A DNA stretch of 64,000 nucleotides. Origin: a virus. Lineage: Duplodnaviria; Caudoviricetes. The notes under the pieces were generated by a model. That model made no database searches. It worked only from the letters and a program-made list of their open reading frames with translations, and was not told the origin of the DNA. Each line of letters opens with the position of its first letter. Position 1 is the first letter of the stretch. Both the position numbers and the translations under genes were made by a program. Positions 9,902-18,412 of the stretch are shown here, in pieces. The stretch lies in IMG/VR virus record IMGVR_UViG_3300042885_001472. The stretch is one strand, 5' to 3'.

Positions 9902-10276
9902 ATGGAAAAAATAGAAATAGAATTATCAGAAAGCAAATTAAACACATTAAAAAGTGTAGAATATTTAAAAATAAATGATTTAGAGTTTGTTTCAAAAAAT
10001 AAATGCGCTCAATTATGTGCTGATTTTGCAATTGAACATCAAAAAAAGTCACTTAGGAAAACAGCATTAATCGGCTTAATCATAATGTTTTCATCATTTA
10101 TTTTTGCAATAATTGAAACGTTATACTTTGGCTCAAATTGGTATCCACAATCAAAAAATGAAGTAGTGTGTGATTATATAGCTTTATACACTTGCGGATT
10201 AGGCACTTCTTTATTTGGTTTTTGTATCATTAAGCAATTCATAATTGAAGTGTCTGAGAATATTAAGAGTGCTTGA
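9902..10276 (+). CDS. cassette 3 membrane protein (2 TM)
   Basis: ATG 9902 preferred over the track GTG at 9863, which overlaps the attC core. Confidence 0.7.
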   Translation: MEKIEIELSESKLNTLKSVEYLKINDLEFVSKNKCAQLCADFAIEHQKKSLRKTALIGLIIMFSSFIFAIIETLYFGSNWYPQSKNEVVCDYIALYTCGLGTSLFGFCIIKQFIIEVSENIKSA

Positions 10277-10363
10277 AACTAACGGACGAAGCTAACATAC
10301 GTTTGTAAACCACACCTAGCATTTAACCATTATAACTCAAATGTTTGTTAGGTTGTGTTACCA
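10277..10363. repeat. attC-like site 4 (87 bp)
   Basis: AACTAAC ggacgaag ctaaca..tgttag gttgt GTTACCA. Confidence 0.85.
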
Positions 10364-10415
10364 CACGTTTTGAATACTTAAATTAAATATCAATAGAAAA
10401 TTAAAATAAAAAATT

Positions 10416-10670
10416 ATGACACCAAAAGAGAAAGCAACCGAATTATATCAAAAATATTACAATAACTATGGTTACTATGGAATACCAGTAGATGCCGTTA
10501 AACATAGTAAAGAATGTGCTAATATTTGTATTGATGAAATACTGAAATCACAACCAATTGAACCAAATAATAGTAAACCCTTTGGAGTTAAAATACAATC
10601 TGTTAGGCAAAACTTTACTGATGCTGATGAATATTGGAAATTAGTTAAACAAGAACTTGAACTTCTTTAG
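10416..10670 (+). CDS. cassette 4 phage-type hypothetical protein (MTPKEKA.EL)
   Basis: ORF between sites 4 and 5. Confidence 0.75.
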   Translation: MTPKEKATELYQKYYNNYGYYGIPVDAVKHSKECANICIDEILKSQPIEPNNSKPFGVKIQSVRQNFTDADEYWKLVKQELELL

Positions 10671-10690
10671 AATATCCAAAACAAAATGAG

Positions 10691-10821
10691 TGGTAACGTT
10701 TTGCAGCCTTATTTAGTGCGGGCTTAAAAGCACTATGTTAATTTAAAACTGAATATTATGAATAGTAAAAATGTTTCCAACGAAGCCGAAAAACCCGCAT
10801 TGAATAAGGGTGCTGTTAGTG
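10691..10821. repeat. attC-like site 5 (131 bp)
   Basis: TGGTAAC gttttgcag ccttatt..aataagg gtgct GTTAGTG. Confidence 0.85.
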
Positions 10822-10985
10822 GCAGTTATTGTGTGAGAAAACACGATTTGTTTGCTGTAACATATCAAAAAGTAGCTGAAAATTTAAGTAAAGATGAAGC
10901 TGAAAGTATTAAAAACGAAATGCAAACAAAGTCAATAGAGGAGTGTGGTTGCCCTGTACCTGTATTTTTTGTAAGTGAAGTATAA
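10758..10985 (+). CDS. cassette 5 protein starting inside attC 5
   Basis: MNSKNVSNEAEKPALNKGAVS is encoded by the attC. Confidence 0.7.
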   Translation: MNSKNVSNEAEKPALNKGAVSGSYCVRKHDLFAVTYQKVAENLSKDEAESIKNEMQTKSIEECGCPVPVFFVSEV

Positions 10986-10989
10986 TTAC

Positions 10990-11069
10990 CACTAACGGCT
11001 GGATATTTAATCTGTTTGGCTGTCTGAGCAATTATGTAATAGCCAAATTGATTGAATATTTTGTTAGTT
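10990..11069. repeat. attC-like site 6 (80 bp)
   Basis: CACTAAC ggctggatatttaatc..gattgaatatttt GTTAGTT. Confidence 0.8.
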
Positions 11070-11107
11070 TACAGTAAAATAAACCAAATAAATTAAAATA
11101 AAAAAAT

Positions 11108-11497
11108 ATGAACAGAGAAATTAAGTTTAGAGCATGGAATGGTAAGGAAATGCGATGCGATGTTAATATAAATGATGGCAAACCTGTAAGGAAAGGCTAT
11201 CAATGGTTTAATGAATCAAATGATATTCATAACTCAGAGCCTATGCAACTTATAGGGTTAAAGGACAAAAATGGAGTTGAAATTTATGAAGGTGATATTT
11301 TAGAAGATAAAAATAAAAACTTTATGTATAATGTATTTAGGGTTGCAGGAGGTTTTGCAATAAATACGCATCAAAATGACTTTAATAGAAAAACTCCATT
11401 TTACACATCTTTTGATATGCAAACATCTTCATATATTAATGGAAATTGTGAGGTAAAAGGTAATATTTATCAACCTATATTAACATTAGAAAAGTAA
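11108..11497 (+). CDS. cassette 6 YopX family protein
   Basis: REIKFRAW..MQLIGLKDKNGVEIYEGDI..EVKGNIY. Confidence 0.9.
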   Translation: MNREIKFRAWNGKEMRCDVNINDGKPVRKGYQWFNESNDIHNSEPMQLIGLKDKNGVEIYEGDILEDKNKNFMYNVFRVAGGFAINTHQNDFNRKTPFYTSFDMQTSSYINGNCEVKGNIYQPILTLEK

Positions 11498-11520
11498 ACA
11501 TCAATGGTTTATTTTATTGA

Positions 11521-11600
11521 AACTAACGGCATCAAGCTAAAAGCTGACCGCCTTTATAAGCGGTTTGGTGATGGCGGTTTGATTTTAGGTTGGGTTATAA
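11521..11600. repeat. attC-like site 7 (80 bp)
   Basis: AACTAAC ggcatcaag ctaaaa..ttttag gttgg GTTATAA. Confidence 0.85.
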
Positions 11601-11651
11601 GCTGACGGTTACGAATGTTACTATGGAAAATTAATTTAAAAAAACATACAG

Positions 11652-11996
11652 ATGGAAAACAAAGGAGAATATTTGGGTTTATGTAATTTAAGCTCTTGTA
11701 CAACACACAAACCAGCAACTTATTATAATTACGGTACATCAAAATACTATTGTAAAGAATGTGCTGAAAGATTAAATTCTGATGAATATAATCAACGTGA
11801 TGCAATGCGTATGTTTGGACATGATTTATGTATTGAGGAATCAGTAAGACCTAAACCATTAAATGAAATTATTGAAAAACAAAATTACCTTCAATTTACT
11901 GAACCTTACATTATGGAATTAGCTTCTGATTTTAGACCAACAGTTAGACATAGCCCTTATATTAAATCTGAACCAAGTCAACAAAATATAATTTAG
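11652..11996 (+). CDS. cassette 7 Cys-containing hypothetical protein
   Basis: CNLSSC..YCKEC..HDLC. Confidence 0.7.
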   Translation: MENKGEYLGLCNLSSCTTHKPATYYNYGTSKYYCKECAERLNSDEYNQRDAMRMFGHDLCIEESVRPKPLNEIIEKQNYLQFTEPYIMELASDFRPTVRHSPYIKSEPSQQNII

Positions 11997-12087
11997 CTAA
12001 TCCAGACGAAGGATATGCTGATTTTGATAATGCACAAAAAGAGTGTAATAAGCTAAACAAAAATGTTTCAAAGTAGCTACCGTTTGC

Positions 12088-12141
12088 TTATAACGTCTGA
12101 TGATAAACAATCGTTTTAATGTTGTTTATCATTTGTTATAT
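12088..12141. repeat. attC-like site 8 (54 bp)
   Basis: TTATAAC gtctg atgataaacaa..ttgtttatcat tt GTTATAT. Confidence 0.8.
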
Positions 12142-12164
12142 TTAGTAAAAAATAATTTATACAT

Positions 12165-12344
12165 ATGAAATACCAAGCACTTAAAAAAGAATATTTTGCA
12201 GTTTATGAAAAAGAACCAAGACATCAGAATGAAAAAAATGGTGTAATACTTTCACCATATAATACGAAAGAAGATGCTGAAAAAGCGAGAGTTAAATATG
12301 GTTATGGTGATGATAATTATTATGTAGATAAACTCATAAATTAA
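12165..12344 (+). CDS. cassette 8 hypothetical protein (59 aa)
   Basis: Manual translation MKYQALKKEYFAVYEKE..YVDKLIN*. Confidence 0.65.
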   Translation: MKYQALKKEYFAVYEKEPRHQNEKNGVILSPYNTKEDAEKARVKYGYGDDNYYVDKLIN

Positions 12345-12354
12345 TTTTTATTGA

Positions 12355-12410
12355 ATATAACGTTTTGCAGCTAATAGCCGTTTCTTAATGGATATTAGGT
12401 GCGGTTATAT
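12355..12410. repeat. attC-like site 9 (56 bp)
   Basis: ATATAAC gttttgcag ctaata..tattag gtgcg GTTATAT; near copy of site 1. Confidence 0.85.
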
Positions 12411-12466
12411 TTAGTTGCCTAGAATAGCAATGCGGAGTGATAATTTAATAATTAAAAATAAAACAA

Positions 12467-12868
12467 ATGAAAACATTAACCATAAAACAACCGTGGGCTA
12501 GTTTGATTGCAAACGGAATAAAGGACATTGAAAATAGAACTTGGAAAACAAATCATAGAGGTAAAATTTATATTCATGCTGCTCAAATAAATTCAAAGGA
12601 TTGGGAGGACTTAATAAATTTACCCGATAATCAAAGAAATGAATTTTTTGAATTTGTTAAACACAAAATACTTAACACAAAATCGAATAGTAGCATTATT
12701 GGCGAAGTTGAAATAGTAGATTGTGTTCAAGATAGTAAATCAATTTGGGCTTTACCAAACCATTATCATTGGGTTTTAAAAAATGCTATAATTTACGATG
12801 AGCCTATTTTAAACGTAAAAGGTAAATTATCATTGTGGGAGTACACAGGTGCGGTGGGAGGCAATTGA
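12467..12868 (+). CDS. cassette 9 ASCH domain protein
   Basis: LTIKQPWASLIANGIKDIENRTW..RGKIYIHAA..VKGKLSLW. Confidence 0.9.
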   Translation: MKTLTIKQPWASLIANGIKDIENRTWKTNHRGKIYIHAAQINSKDWEDLINLPDNQRNEFFEFVKHKILNTKSNSSIIGEVEIVDCVQDSKSIWALPNHYHWVLKNAIIYDEPILNVKGKLSLWEYTGAVGGN

Positions 12869-12953
12869 ATATAACGGACGGAGCTTGTGGCTGAAATAAA
12901 CCTAACAATGCTATTTTAACACTTCCGCTTTTTGCCACAAGGTTGTGTTAGTT
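12869..12953. repeat. attC-like site 10 (85 bp)
   Basis: ATATAAC ggacggag cttgtggc..gccacaag gttgt GTTAGTT. Confidence 0.85.
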
Positions 12954-12987
12954 TACAGTAAAATAAACCAAATTAAAATAAAAAAAT

Positions 12988-13377
12988 ATGAATAGAAAAA
13001 TTAAATTTAGAGCTTGGGATAGTTTTTATAAAATGATGATACATTCATCTTATAAAGATTTTTCGGTATTATCAGAATTTTTTAAAGAATTAGAAGATAG
13101 AAAAGACAATGATTGCAAAATAATGCAATTTACAGGATTAAAGGATAAAAATGGAGTTGATATTTATGAGGGCGACATTATTAAATGCTCATTAGCTACT
13201 GAACCCGAAGATAAAGGATTTATTTGTTTATGGCGAAATTTTAAATGGGAATTTTGTAATGTTAGATTTAAAGATGACGAATCATTTAATTTAACCGACT
13301 TTGATTATTTAACTGTAAAAACAGAAGTAATTGGAAACATATATGAGAATGCGGATATGTTAACATCAGAAAAGTAA
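12988..13377 (+). CDS. cassette 10 YopX family protein
   Basis: RKIKFRAWD..MQFTGLKDKNGVDIYEGDI..EVIGNIYEN. Confidence 0.9.
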   Translation: MNRKIKFRAWDSFYKMMIHSSYKDFSVLSEFFKELEDRKDNDCKIMQFTGLKDKNGVDIYEGDIIKCSLATEPEDKGFICLWRNFKWEFCNVRFKDDESFNLTDFDYLTVKTEVIGNIYENADMLTSEK

Positions 13378-13400
13378 ACATCAATGGTTTATTTTATTGA

Positions 13401-13479
13401 AACTAACGGTTGGATATTGGCTTAGTTTGGCTTTCTAACCACTTATATAATGCCAAATTGAGCCAATATTTTGTTAGTA
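13401..13479. repeat. attC-like site 11 (79 bp)
   Basis: AACTAAC ggttggatattggct..agccaatatttt GTTAGTA. Confidence 0.85.
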
Positions 13480-13561
13480 TTTCGTTTACTTTTACTTTTT
13501 TAGGGTAGCATTAGAAAATTAAACTATCTGATTTATAGCACTTTACAAAAATAATGTAAAA

Positions 13562-13597
13562 TATATTTGTGTCCATCAAATACATTATGTACATTTA
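13562..13597 (+). promoter_or_regulatory. cassette 11 internal promoter
   Basis: TTTG 13566-13569, 20 nt, TACATTTA 13590-13597; TATATTTG at 13562 also fits. Confidence 0.5.
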
Positions 13598-13629
13598 CAC
13601 TCAGATAACAACAACTAAAAAATAAGATT

Positions 13630-13785
13630 ATGAAATTATTAAATTTAACAGTAAGAAACATTAAAGGAGAATTAGCAACTGGATGTTATAGCCACACTAA
13701 AAATAAGGTTAAATTTTACGTTGTTGTTTGGAATAATACTCAATTTTTTGGTACTGATTTAGAAACAATTTTTAACACTTTATAA
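13630..13785 (+). CDS. cassette 11 ORF a (51 aa)
   Basis: Manual translation MKLLNLTVRNIKGELATG..TIFNTL*. Confidence 0.55.
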   Translation: MKLLNLTVRNIKGELATGCYSHTKNKVKFYVVVWNNTQFFGTDLETIFNTL

Positions 13786-13786
13786 T

Positions 13787-14011
13787 ATGAAGATTAAACA
13801 AGAAAAAATAGAAATAAAAGTAAATATATTTTTTTTAGAAGAAAATGAAGATGTTTTATCTGAGATAAATAAAGCAATTAATAAAAAAACATTTACAGTA
13901 ATTGTAAAAAATAAAGTTTATCATGTTGCTGGACATGGAATGTTAAAAGATTTAGATAATTTAAAAGATGCTTTATTAGATATTAAGTTTTTAACAAATG
14001 CCTTATTATGA
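13787..14011 (+). CDS. cassette 11 ORF b, hypothetical
   Basis: ORF track. Confidence 0.65.
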   Translation: MKIKQEKIEIKVNIFFLEENEDVLSEINKAINKKTFTVIVKNKVYHVAGHGMLKDLDNLKDALLDIKFLTNALL

Positions 14012-14250
14012 AAACTCCAATATCACAAACAACAGCTAAAACAAACGCTAAAAAATACAATGATTATTTCACAGCTAATGAACAAACTTATAAAACAATG
14101 AAAAGAAGTAAACGCATAGAATTAACGGAAAGCACTATTAAGTATTTAGCAAAAAAAGCTATTGACGAAGGGACAAGTTTTAAACCTTATGTCGAACAAA
14201 TTTTGGAAAGTTTAGCCAATACACAGGTGGGCAGGAAAAAAGAAAAGTAA
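14008..14250 (+). CDS. cassette 11 ORF c, ribbon-helix-helix-like regulator
   Basis: KRIELTESTIKYLAKKAIDEGTSFKPYVEQILE. Confidence 0.55.
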   Translation: MKTPISQTTAKTNAKKYNDYFTANEQTYKTMKRSKRIELTESTIKYLAKKAIDEGTSFKPYVEQILESLANTQVGRKKEK

Positions 14251-14255
14251 ATGGA

Positions 14256-14349
14256 TACTAACAGTCGGCAATATGAAACGGTTGCCTTATAAGACGTTTC
14301 AAAATATAACTCAGTTTTCTGGCAACTGTTTTTATATTGCTTGTTATAG
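14256..14349. repeat. attC-like site 12 (94 bp)
   Basis: TACTAAC agtcg gcaatat..atattgc tt GTTATAG with inner gttgcc/ggcaac stem. Confidence 0.85.
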
Positions 14350-14367
14350 CCAGTTAATTTTAACGAT

Positions 14368-14598
14368 ATGTACAAAATAGTAAAAGAAATTCACACTTAT
14401 AAACAAGGTAGGATAAAATTTAGAATACACGAAAGATTTTTATGGAGATGGATACCAAGTGAAAGTTTTTCTGAATATGAAACCTATGAATTGGCAGAAA
14501 AAGCAATTATAGAAAAACTGAACGGCAAACATGGTGGTATTGTTGAATTGAAAAATGATGTTTATAAATTTTATCCGTATTCATTACCGATGCCTTAA
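14368..14598 (+). CDS. cassette 12 hypothetical protein
   Basis: ORF between sites. Confidence 0.75.
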   Translation: MYKIVKEIHTYKQGRIKFRIHERFLWRWIPSESFSEYETYELAEKAIIEKLNGKHGGIVELKNDVYKFYPYSLPMP

Positions 14599-14602
14599 TT
14601 GG

Positions 14603-14678
14603 CTATAACGGTTTGCAGCTAATAGACGGGCGGTTGAAACATAGTAGATGTCCGCCTGTTTATTAGGTGCTGTTATAG
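14603..14678. repeat. attC-like site 13 (76 bp)
   Basis: CTATAAC ggtttgcag ctaata..tattag gtgct GTTATAG. Confidence 0.85.
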
Positions 14679-14731
14679 GTAGGTTGTAACGAATGTTTAA
14701 TTAATACACAATATAAAAAAATAATAATAAT

Positions 14732-14914
14732 ATGATAGAAATAATAATTTGGCTAATTTTTTTCCCATTAGCAACAACAATAAATAGATACTTTTTAGAT
14801 AGAAATAAAAAGGATAGAAATGAGGAAGTAACATCTAAAGAAGTAAAAGACAAATTAGATTTTTTTGAGCTTGCCGTTTTTGTGATAGTGCTTATAATTT
14901 TAATCAAACGCTAA
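14732..14914 (+). CDS. cassette 13 small membrane protein
   Basis: two hydrophobic segments. Confidence 0.65.
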   Translation: MIEIIIWLIFFPLATTINRYFLDRNKKDRNEEVTSKEVKDKLDFFELAVFVIVLIILIKR

Positions 14915-14942
14915 AATGTTTCTAAATGATACCACAACTTAC

Positions 14943-15023
14943 CTATAACGTTAAGAAGCCTTGCTTAGTTTGGCTTTTTAACACACATAGCACTTGCCAA
15001 ATTGAGCAAGGGTTGTGTTAGTA
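14943..15023. repeat. attC-like site 14 (81 bp)
   Basis: CTATAAC gttaagaag ccttgct..agcaagg gttgt GTTAGTA. Confidence 0.85.
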
Positions 15024-15068
15024 TTAGGTGGCTTAAAAGTGAATATTAATTTTAAATAAAAATAAAAA

Positions 15069-15278
15069 ATGGAATACGGAATATTAAAAGTAGGTTGCAA
15101 AGTAAAATATACTGATGAAGCTAAAAAAGAATTGCCAACAGTTTTTAAAGATATAACAAAGGATAAAGTAAAAACTGTAAAATGGATTAGTAAAAATCAA
15201 GAGAACTGTGATTTTGTGGATGGTGACAGTTGTGATATTTACTGGTTAGAACTCGTAGAAGATTCTAAAGCCACTTGA
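15069..15278 (+). CDS. cassette 14 hypothetical protein
   Basis: ORF between sites; stop lies in the terminal inverted repeat. Confidence 0.75.
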   Translation: MEYGILKVGCKVKYTDEAKKELPTVFKDITKDKVKTVKWISKNQENCDFVDGDSCDIYWLELVEDSKAT

Positions 15279-15367
15279 TACTAACGGTATCAAGCTAAAA
15301 GCAGTTGCTAAACCAACCTAATATATTTGAGCGTTAACTCGCAAATTGATTTTAGGTTGTGTTAGGA
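15279..15367. repeat. attC-like site 15 (89 bp)
   Basis: TACTAAC ggtatcaag ctaaaa..ttttag gttgt GTTAGGA. Confidence 0.85.
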
Positions 15368-15394
15368 TTAGTTAAATTTTAAAAATAAAAAATT

Positions 15395-15589
15395 ATGTAT
15401 ATAACAAAAAGCGGTAAAGTTGTAATGTATAATAATGATGGTTACGATTATACTGAAGTTTTTAATAGTGATAGAAATTGGGAAGATAAATCAGGTATGT
15501 ACTTAAACTACTGTAAAAATTGCGAAAAACATTTTTTTGGTAATAAGTATAGAATAATATGCAAAAAATGTAGTAACGGTAAAATTTAA
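15395..15589 (+). CDS. cassette 15 zinc-ribbon protein
   Basis: CKNC..CKKC. Confidence 0.7.
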   Translation: MYITKSGKVVMYNNDGYDYTEVFNSDRNWEDKSGMYLNYCKNCEKHFFGNKYRIICKKCSNGKI

Positions 15590-15593
15590 TTGA

Positions 15594-15653
15594 ACCTAAC
15601 GGTTTGCAGCTAATAGACGTTTTTCTTAAAATGGATATTAGGTGCTGTTATAG
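15594..15653. repeat. attC-like site 16 (60 bp)
   Basis: ACCTAAC ggtttgcag ctaata..tattag gtgct GTTATAG. Confidence 0.85.
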
Positions 15654-15696
15654 GTAGGTTGTAACGAATGTTTAATTAATACACAATATAAAAAAT

Positions 15697-16044
15697 ATGG
15701 AAATAAGCGAATTAAGATTAGGTAATTATGTAATGTATATTGATAATTATATATTGCCAGTTACTACCGATACATTTTATTGGATATCCGAATGTGTTAG
15801 AACTGAAGATGATTACAAACCAATAGAATTAACAGAAGATATACTTTTTAAATGCGGGTTTAAATTGGCTATTGATGAAAATGTTTATACGTTAGATGAT
15901 ACAATTGAATTAACGCAAACTGATTATGGAAATAGTTTTTATTTTATGGGCAATTTTATAAAATCAGATATAAAATATTTACACCAATTACAGAACTTGT
16001 ATTTTGCAATAACTGATATTGAGTTAAATGTATCAAAAATATAA
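15697..16044 (+). CDS. cassette 16 'ELRxGN' phage family protein
   Basis: ELRLGNY..KPIELTE..HQLQNLYF; paralogue of 55436-56606 genes. Confidence 0.8.
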   Translation: MEISELRLGNYVMYIDNYILPVTTDTFYWISECVRTEDDYKPIELTEDILFKCGFKLAIDENVYTLDDTIELTQTDYGNSFYFMGNFIKSDIKYLHQLQNLYFAITDIELNVSKI

Positions 16045-16064
16045 ATAACAAAGCACCAACTTAC

Positions 16065-16140
16065 TTATAACGTTTTGCAGCTAATGGCTGGCGGCTCTAA
16101 GCGGTTATATAATGCCGCTTGACATTAGGTGCTGTTATGT
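16065..16140. repeat. attC-like site 17 (76 bp)
   Basis: TTATAAC gttttgcag ctaatg..cattag gtgct GTTATGT. Confidence 0.85.
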
Positions 16141-16201
16141 TGGTGTGTCGGAATGTGTGTGAGGCAGTTTTATTTTATTAATTTTTAAAAAAGCGAAGGA
16201 A

Positions 16202-16384
16202 ATGAATATACCAAATAGTTACGCAAAAGCAATAGTAGCCGACATGAAGGCTAAAATAAAAAAACATGAAAAGACTTGTTATTACAATGATAATTTATGT
16301 GAAGGTAAAGTTAGTAGAGTAAATTCACATCATGTTTTTTTATGTGAAAAATGCTTGAATGAATACAATAATATAAAAGATTAA
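16202..16384 (+). CDS. cassette 17 ORF a, Cys-rich
   Basis: ORF track. Confidence 0.65.
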   Translation: MNIPNSYAKAIVADMKAKIKKHEKTCYYNDNLCEGKVSRVNSHHVFLCEKCLNEYNNIKD

Positions 16385-16387
16385 ACT

Positions 16388-16660
16388 ATGAAAAAAGCAG
16401 AAGAAATACTAAAACAAAACTGCATAAAGCAACAATGGGACAAACAAATACTAACAGATGACTTTACATTGGAAGTTACTATACCATCAATGGAAGAATA
16501 CGCTAATCAATTCAAAGTAAAAATGTGGGGTTGCTATGCTTGTGGTAAATTACTTAGAATTTATGCTACACAAAAAGAAGCGGATGAAGCAAGAACAAGA
16601 TGGAGTACCGAATGTATTGTTATAGTAAAGGAAGTAGTTGTTGGTGACGGGGGTGCGTAG
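16388..16660 (+). CDS. cassette 17 ORF b, hypothetical
   Basis: ORF track. Confidence 0.7.
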   Translation: MKKAEEILKQNCIKQQWDKQILTDDFTLEVTIPSMEEYANQFKVKMWGCYACGKLLRIYATQKEADEARTRWSTECIVIVKEVVVGDGGA

Positions 16661-16689
16661 GCTTTTAAAAATTAATAAAATAAAATTGA

Positions 16690-17008
16690 ACATAACGGTT
16701 GCGGATATATGAATGTAAAAAATTAATAATCAGAACGATGATAACAACACAAAATTTAACAGAATTAGGTTTTAGTGAGATACTTAATGTATTCACTGGA
16801 AAACAAGTTTGGGTTTTAGGTGAAGAAGATAGAGAGATATGTGGAAACCCTTGTAGATTACCAATACTTTATTACAACATAGAAACCCAAACTTGTAAAG
16901 TAGTTAGGGGTGAATTTTGTGTTGTTCAACGAGAATGTAAATCAGAAGAAGAAATTAGAAAGTTTGTAGAATCTATTAATTTTTTATTTCATATATCCGT
17001 TGTTATAA
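16690..17008. repeat. attC-like site 18 (319 bp, mostly coding)
   Basis: ACATAAC ggtt gcggatatatgaa..ttcatatatccgt t GTTATAA. Confidence 0.75.
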
Positions 17009-17097
17009 ATAGTAAAAAACCTATCGAACAAGTATTATCCGAAGCGATTAAAGAATCTTATGATAAGATAAAAGACAATTTAGAACCACCACTTTAA
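16738..17097 (+). CDS. cassette 18 protein encoded mainly inside attC 18
   Basis: ATG 16738; reads through GTTATAA 17002 as HISVVINSKK. Confidence 0.7.
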   Translation: MITTQNLTELGFSEILNVFTGKQVWVLGEEDREICGNPCRLPILYYNIETQTCKVVRGEFCVVQRECKSEEEIRKFVESINFLFHISVVINSKKPIEQVLSEAIKESYDKIKDNLEPPL

Positions 17098-17110
17098 GGT
17101 TTTTTATTGT

Positions 17111-17187
17111 TTATAACGGTTTGCAGCTAATAAATCGGGCGATGGAAATATATGTAATTTCCGCCTGTTTATTAGCTGCTGTTATAG
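17111..17187. repeat. attC-like site 19 (77 bp)
   Basis: TTATAAC ggtttgcagctaata..tattagctgct GTTATAG. Confidence 0.85.
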
Positions 17188-17231
17188 GTAGGTTGTAACG
17201 AATGTTTAATTGAAACTTTAATATAAAAAAT

Positions 17232-17510
17232 ATGGAAAATATAAGTTTAAAAGATAAAGTAAGCGATATACTTGAATATTGGGAAAATGATTATGATGAA
17301 ACTTGTGATGCTACCGCTATTTCAAAAATAGAAGCATTGATAAAAGAGGAAAATCAAAAATTGAAAAAAGAAAATGATATTTATAAATCTTTTATATGTC
17401 ATGTAAAAAATAGTTTTAAAATGATTAATGATGATATAAGTGAAATAGATGTTTATAGAAGTTTAAGGACAAGAGCTGATGATATTTTAAATAACAATTT
17501 TCCTTTTTAA
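17232..17510 (+). CDS. cassette 19 hypothetical coiled-coil protein
   Basis: ORF between sites. Confidence 0.75.
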   Translation: MENISLKDKVSDILEYWENDYDETCDATAISKIEALIKEENQKLKKENDIYKSFICHVKNSFKMINDDISEIDVYRSLRTRADDILNNNFPF

Positions 17511-17548
17511 TTAACACAAAAAATGTTTCTAAATGATACACAACTTAC

Positions 17549-17657
17549 CTATAACGCTTTGCAGCTTTGAGCCGTTTACCAAATATTAATAACAAAAAAA
17601 TAAATAACGAATATGAATAACAGAAAAATAAAAAATGGCTTAAAGGTGTTGTTAGTG
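17549..17657. repeat. attC-like site 20 (109 bp)
   Basis: CTATAAC gctttgcag ctttgagcc..ggcttaaag gtgtt GTTAGTG. Confidence 0.85.
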
Positions 17658-17843
17658 GCTGTTTTATTTGTAAAATGTACTACAAATAAATTGATTATTA
17701 CTGAATGTCAAAGAGCTAATTTAACAAGCCTTTTTATTCAAAAAATGGAAATTGGAAAAGTTTATAAAATCAATTTATGTGATGAGTATTTTAACTACTC
17801 ATTTGATGGCGAAAAATATACTTTGGAACGATATAAAAAATAG
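17613..17843 (+). CDS. cassette 20 putative lipoprotein starting inside attC 20
   Basis: MNNRKIKNGLKVLLVAVLFVKC signal-peptide-like N-terminus. Confidence 0.6.
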   Translation: MNNRKIKNGLKVLLVAVLFVKCTTNKLIITECQRANLTSLFIQKMEIGKVYKINLCDEYFNYSFDGEKYTLERYKK

Positions 17844-17844
17844 C

Positions 17845-17929
17845 CACTAACGTTCCTCAAATATGAGTAGTAAATTTTTCTATTGAGATTTGGAAAATCA
17901 AAATTTATTTCTTATATTTGTTGTTATAT
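17845..17929. repeat. attC-like site 21 (85 bp)
   Basis: CACTAAC gttcct caaatatgag..cttatatttg tt GTTATAT. Confidence 0.8.
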
Positions 17930-17968
17930 TTAGTTTTCAGTTTGTTTTACCTTAAAAAAATATAAATT

Positions 17969-18214
17969 ATGATTAAAAAGAATGAAGAACAATTTGATAG
18001 TGGTGGTATAATACTTAAACACACTTTTCTTTTAGGTTTCGATGAACTAAGAATACCAACCGAAGATATTACAGAAGATATGATAGATACATATGTAAAA
18101 GAAAAATCATCAGAATTTGAATGGGAATTTAAGTTTTTTCTGATGATGAAATTAGGTTATATTGGGAAAGAAGGTGATATTTGGATAAAAGAACCAAAAC
18201 AAACTGAAAATTGA
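17969..18214 (+). CDS. cassette 21 hypothetical protein
   Basis: C-terminal KQTEN* is encoded by the cassette terminal inverted repeat. Confidence 0.75.
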   Translation: MIKKNEEQFDSGGIILKHTFLLGFDELRIPTEDITEDMIDTYVKEKSSEFEWEFKFFLMMKLGYIGKEGDIWIKEPKQTEN

Positions 18215-18344
18215 ATATAACGTTTTGTATTGGCGAAGAAGCGGAATTTTACCACTGAAGTTGATACGAAGCACCAATGCTTATTTACCTACAAATGTTC
18301 ATACGAAGCACTAAAACCGCTTTTTTGCCAATACTTTGTTAGTG
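18215..18344. repeat. attC-like site 22 (130 bp)
   Basis: ATATAAC gtttt gtattggc gaagaagcgg..ccgcttttttgccaatac ttt GTTAGTG. Confidence 0.85.
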
Positions 18345-18412
18345 GCTGATGCGGATTTTTAGCACTCATTTTCAGTAAGTTAGAAAATATTTTCAAAATA
18401 AAAGAAAATAAA

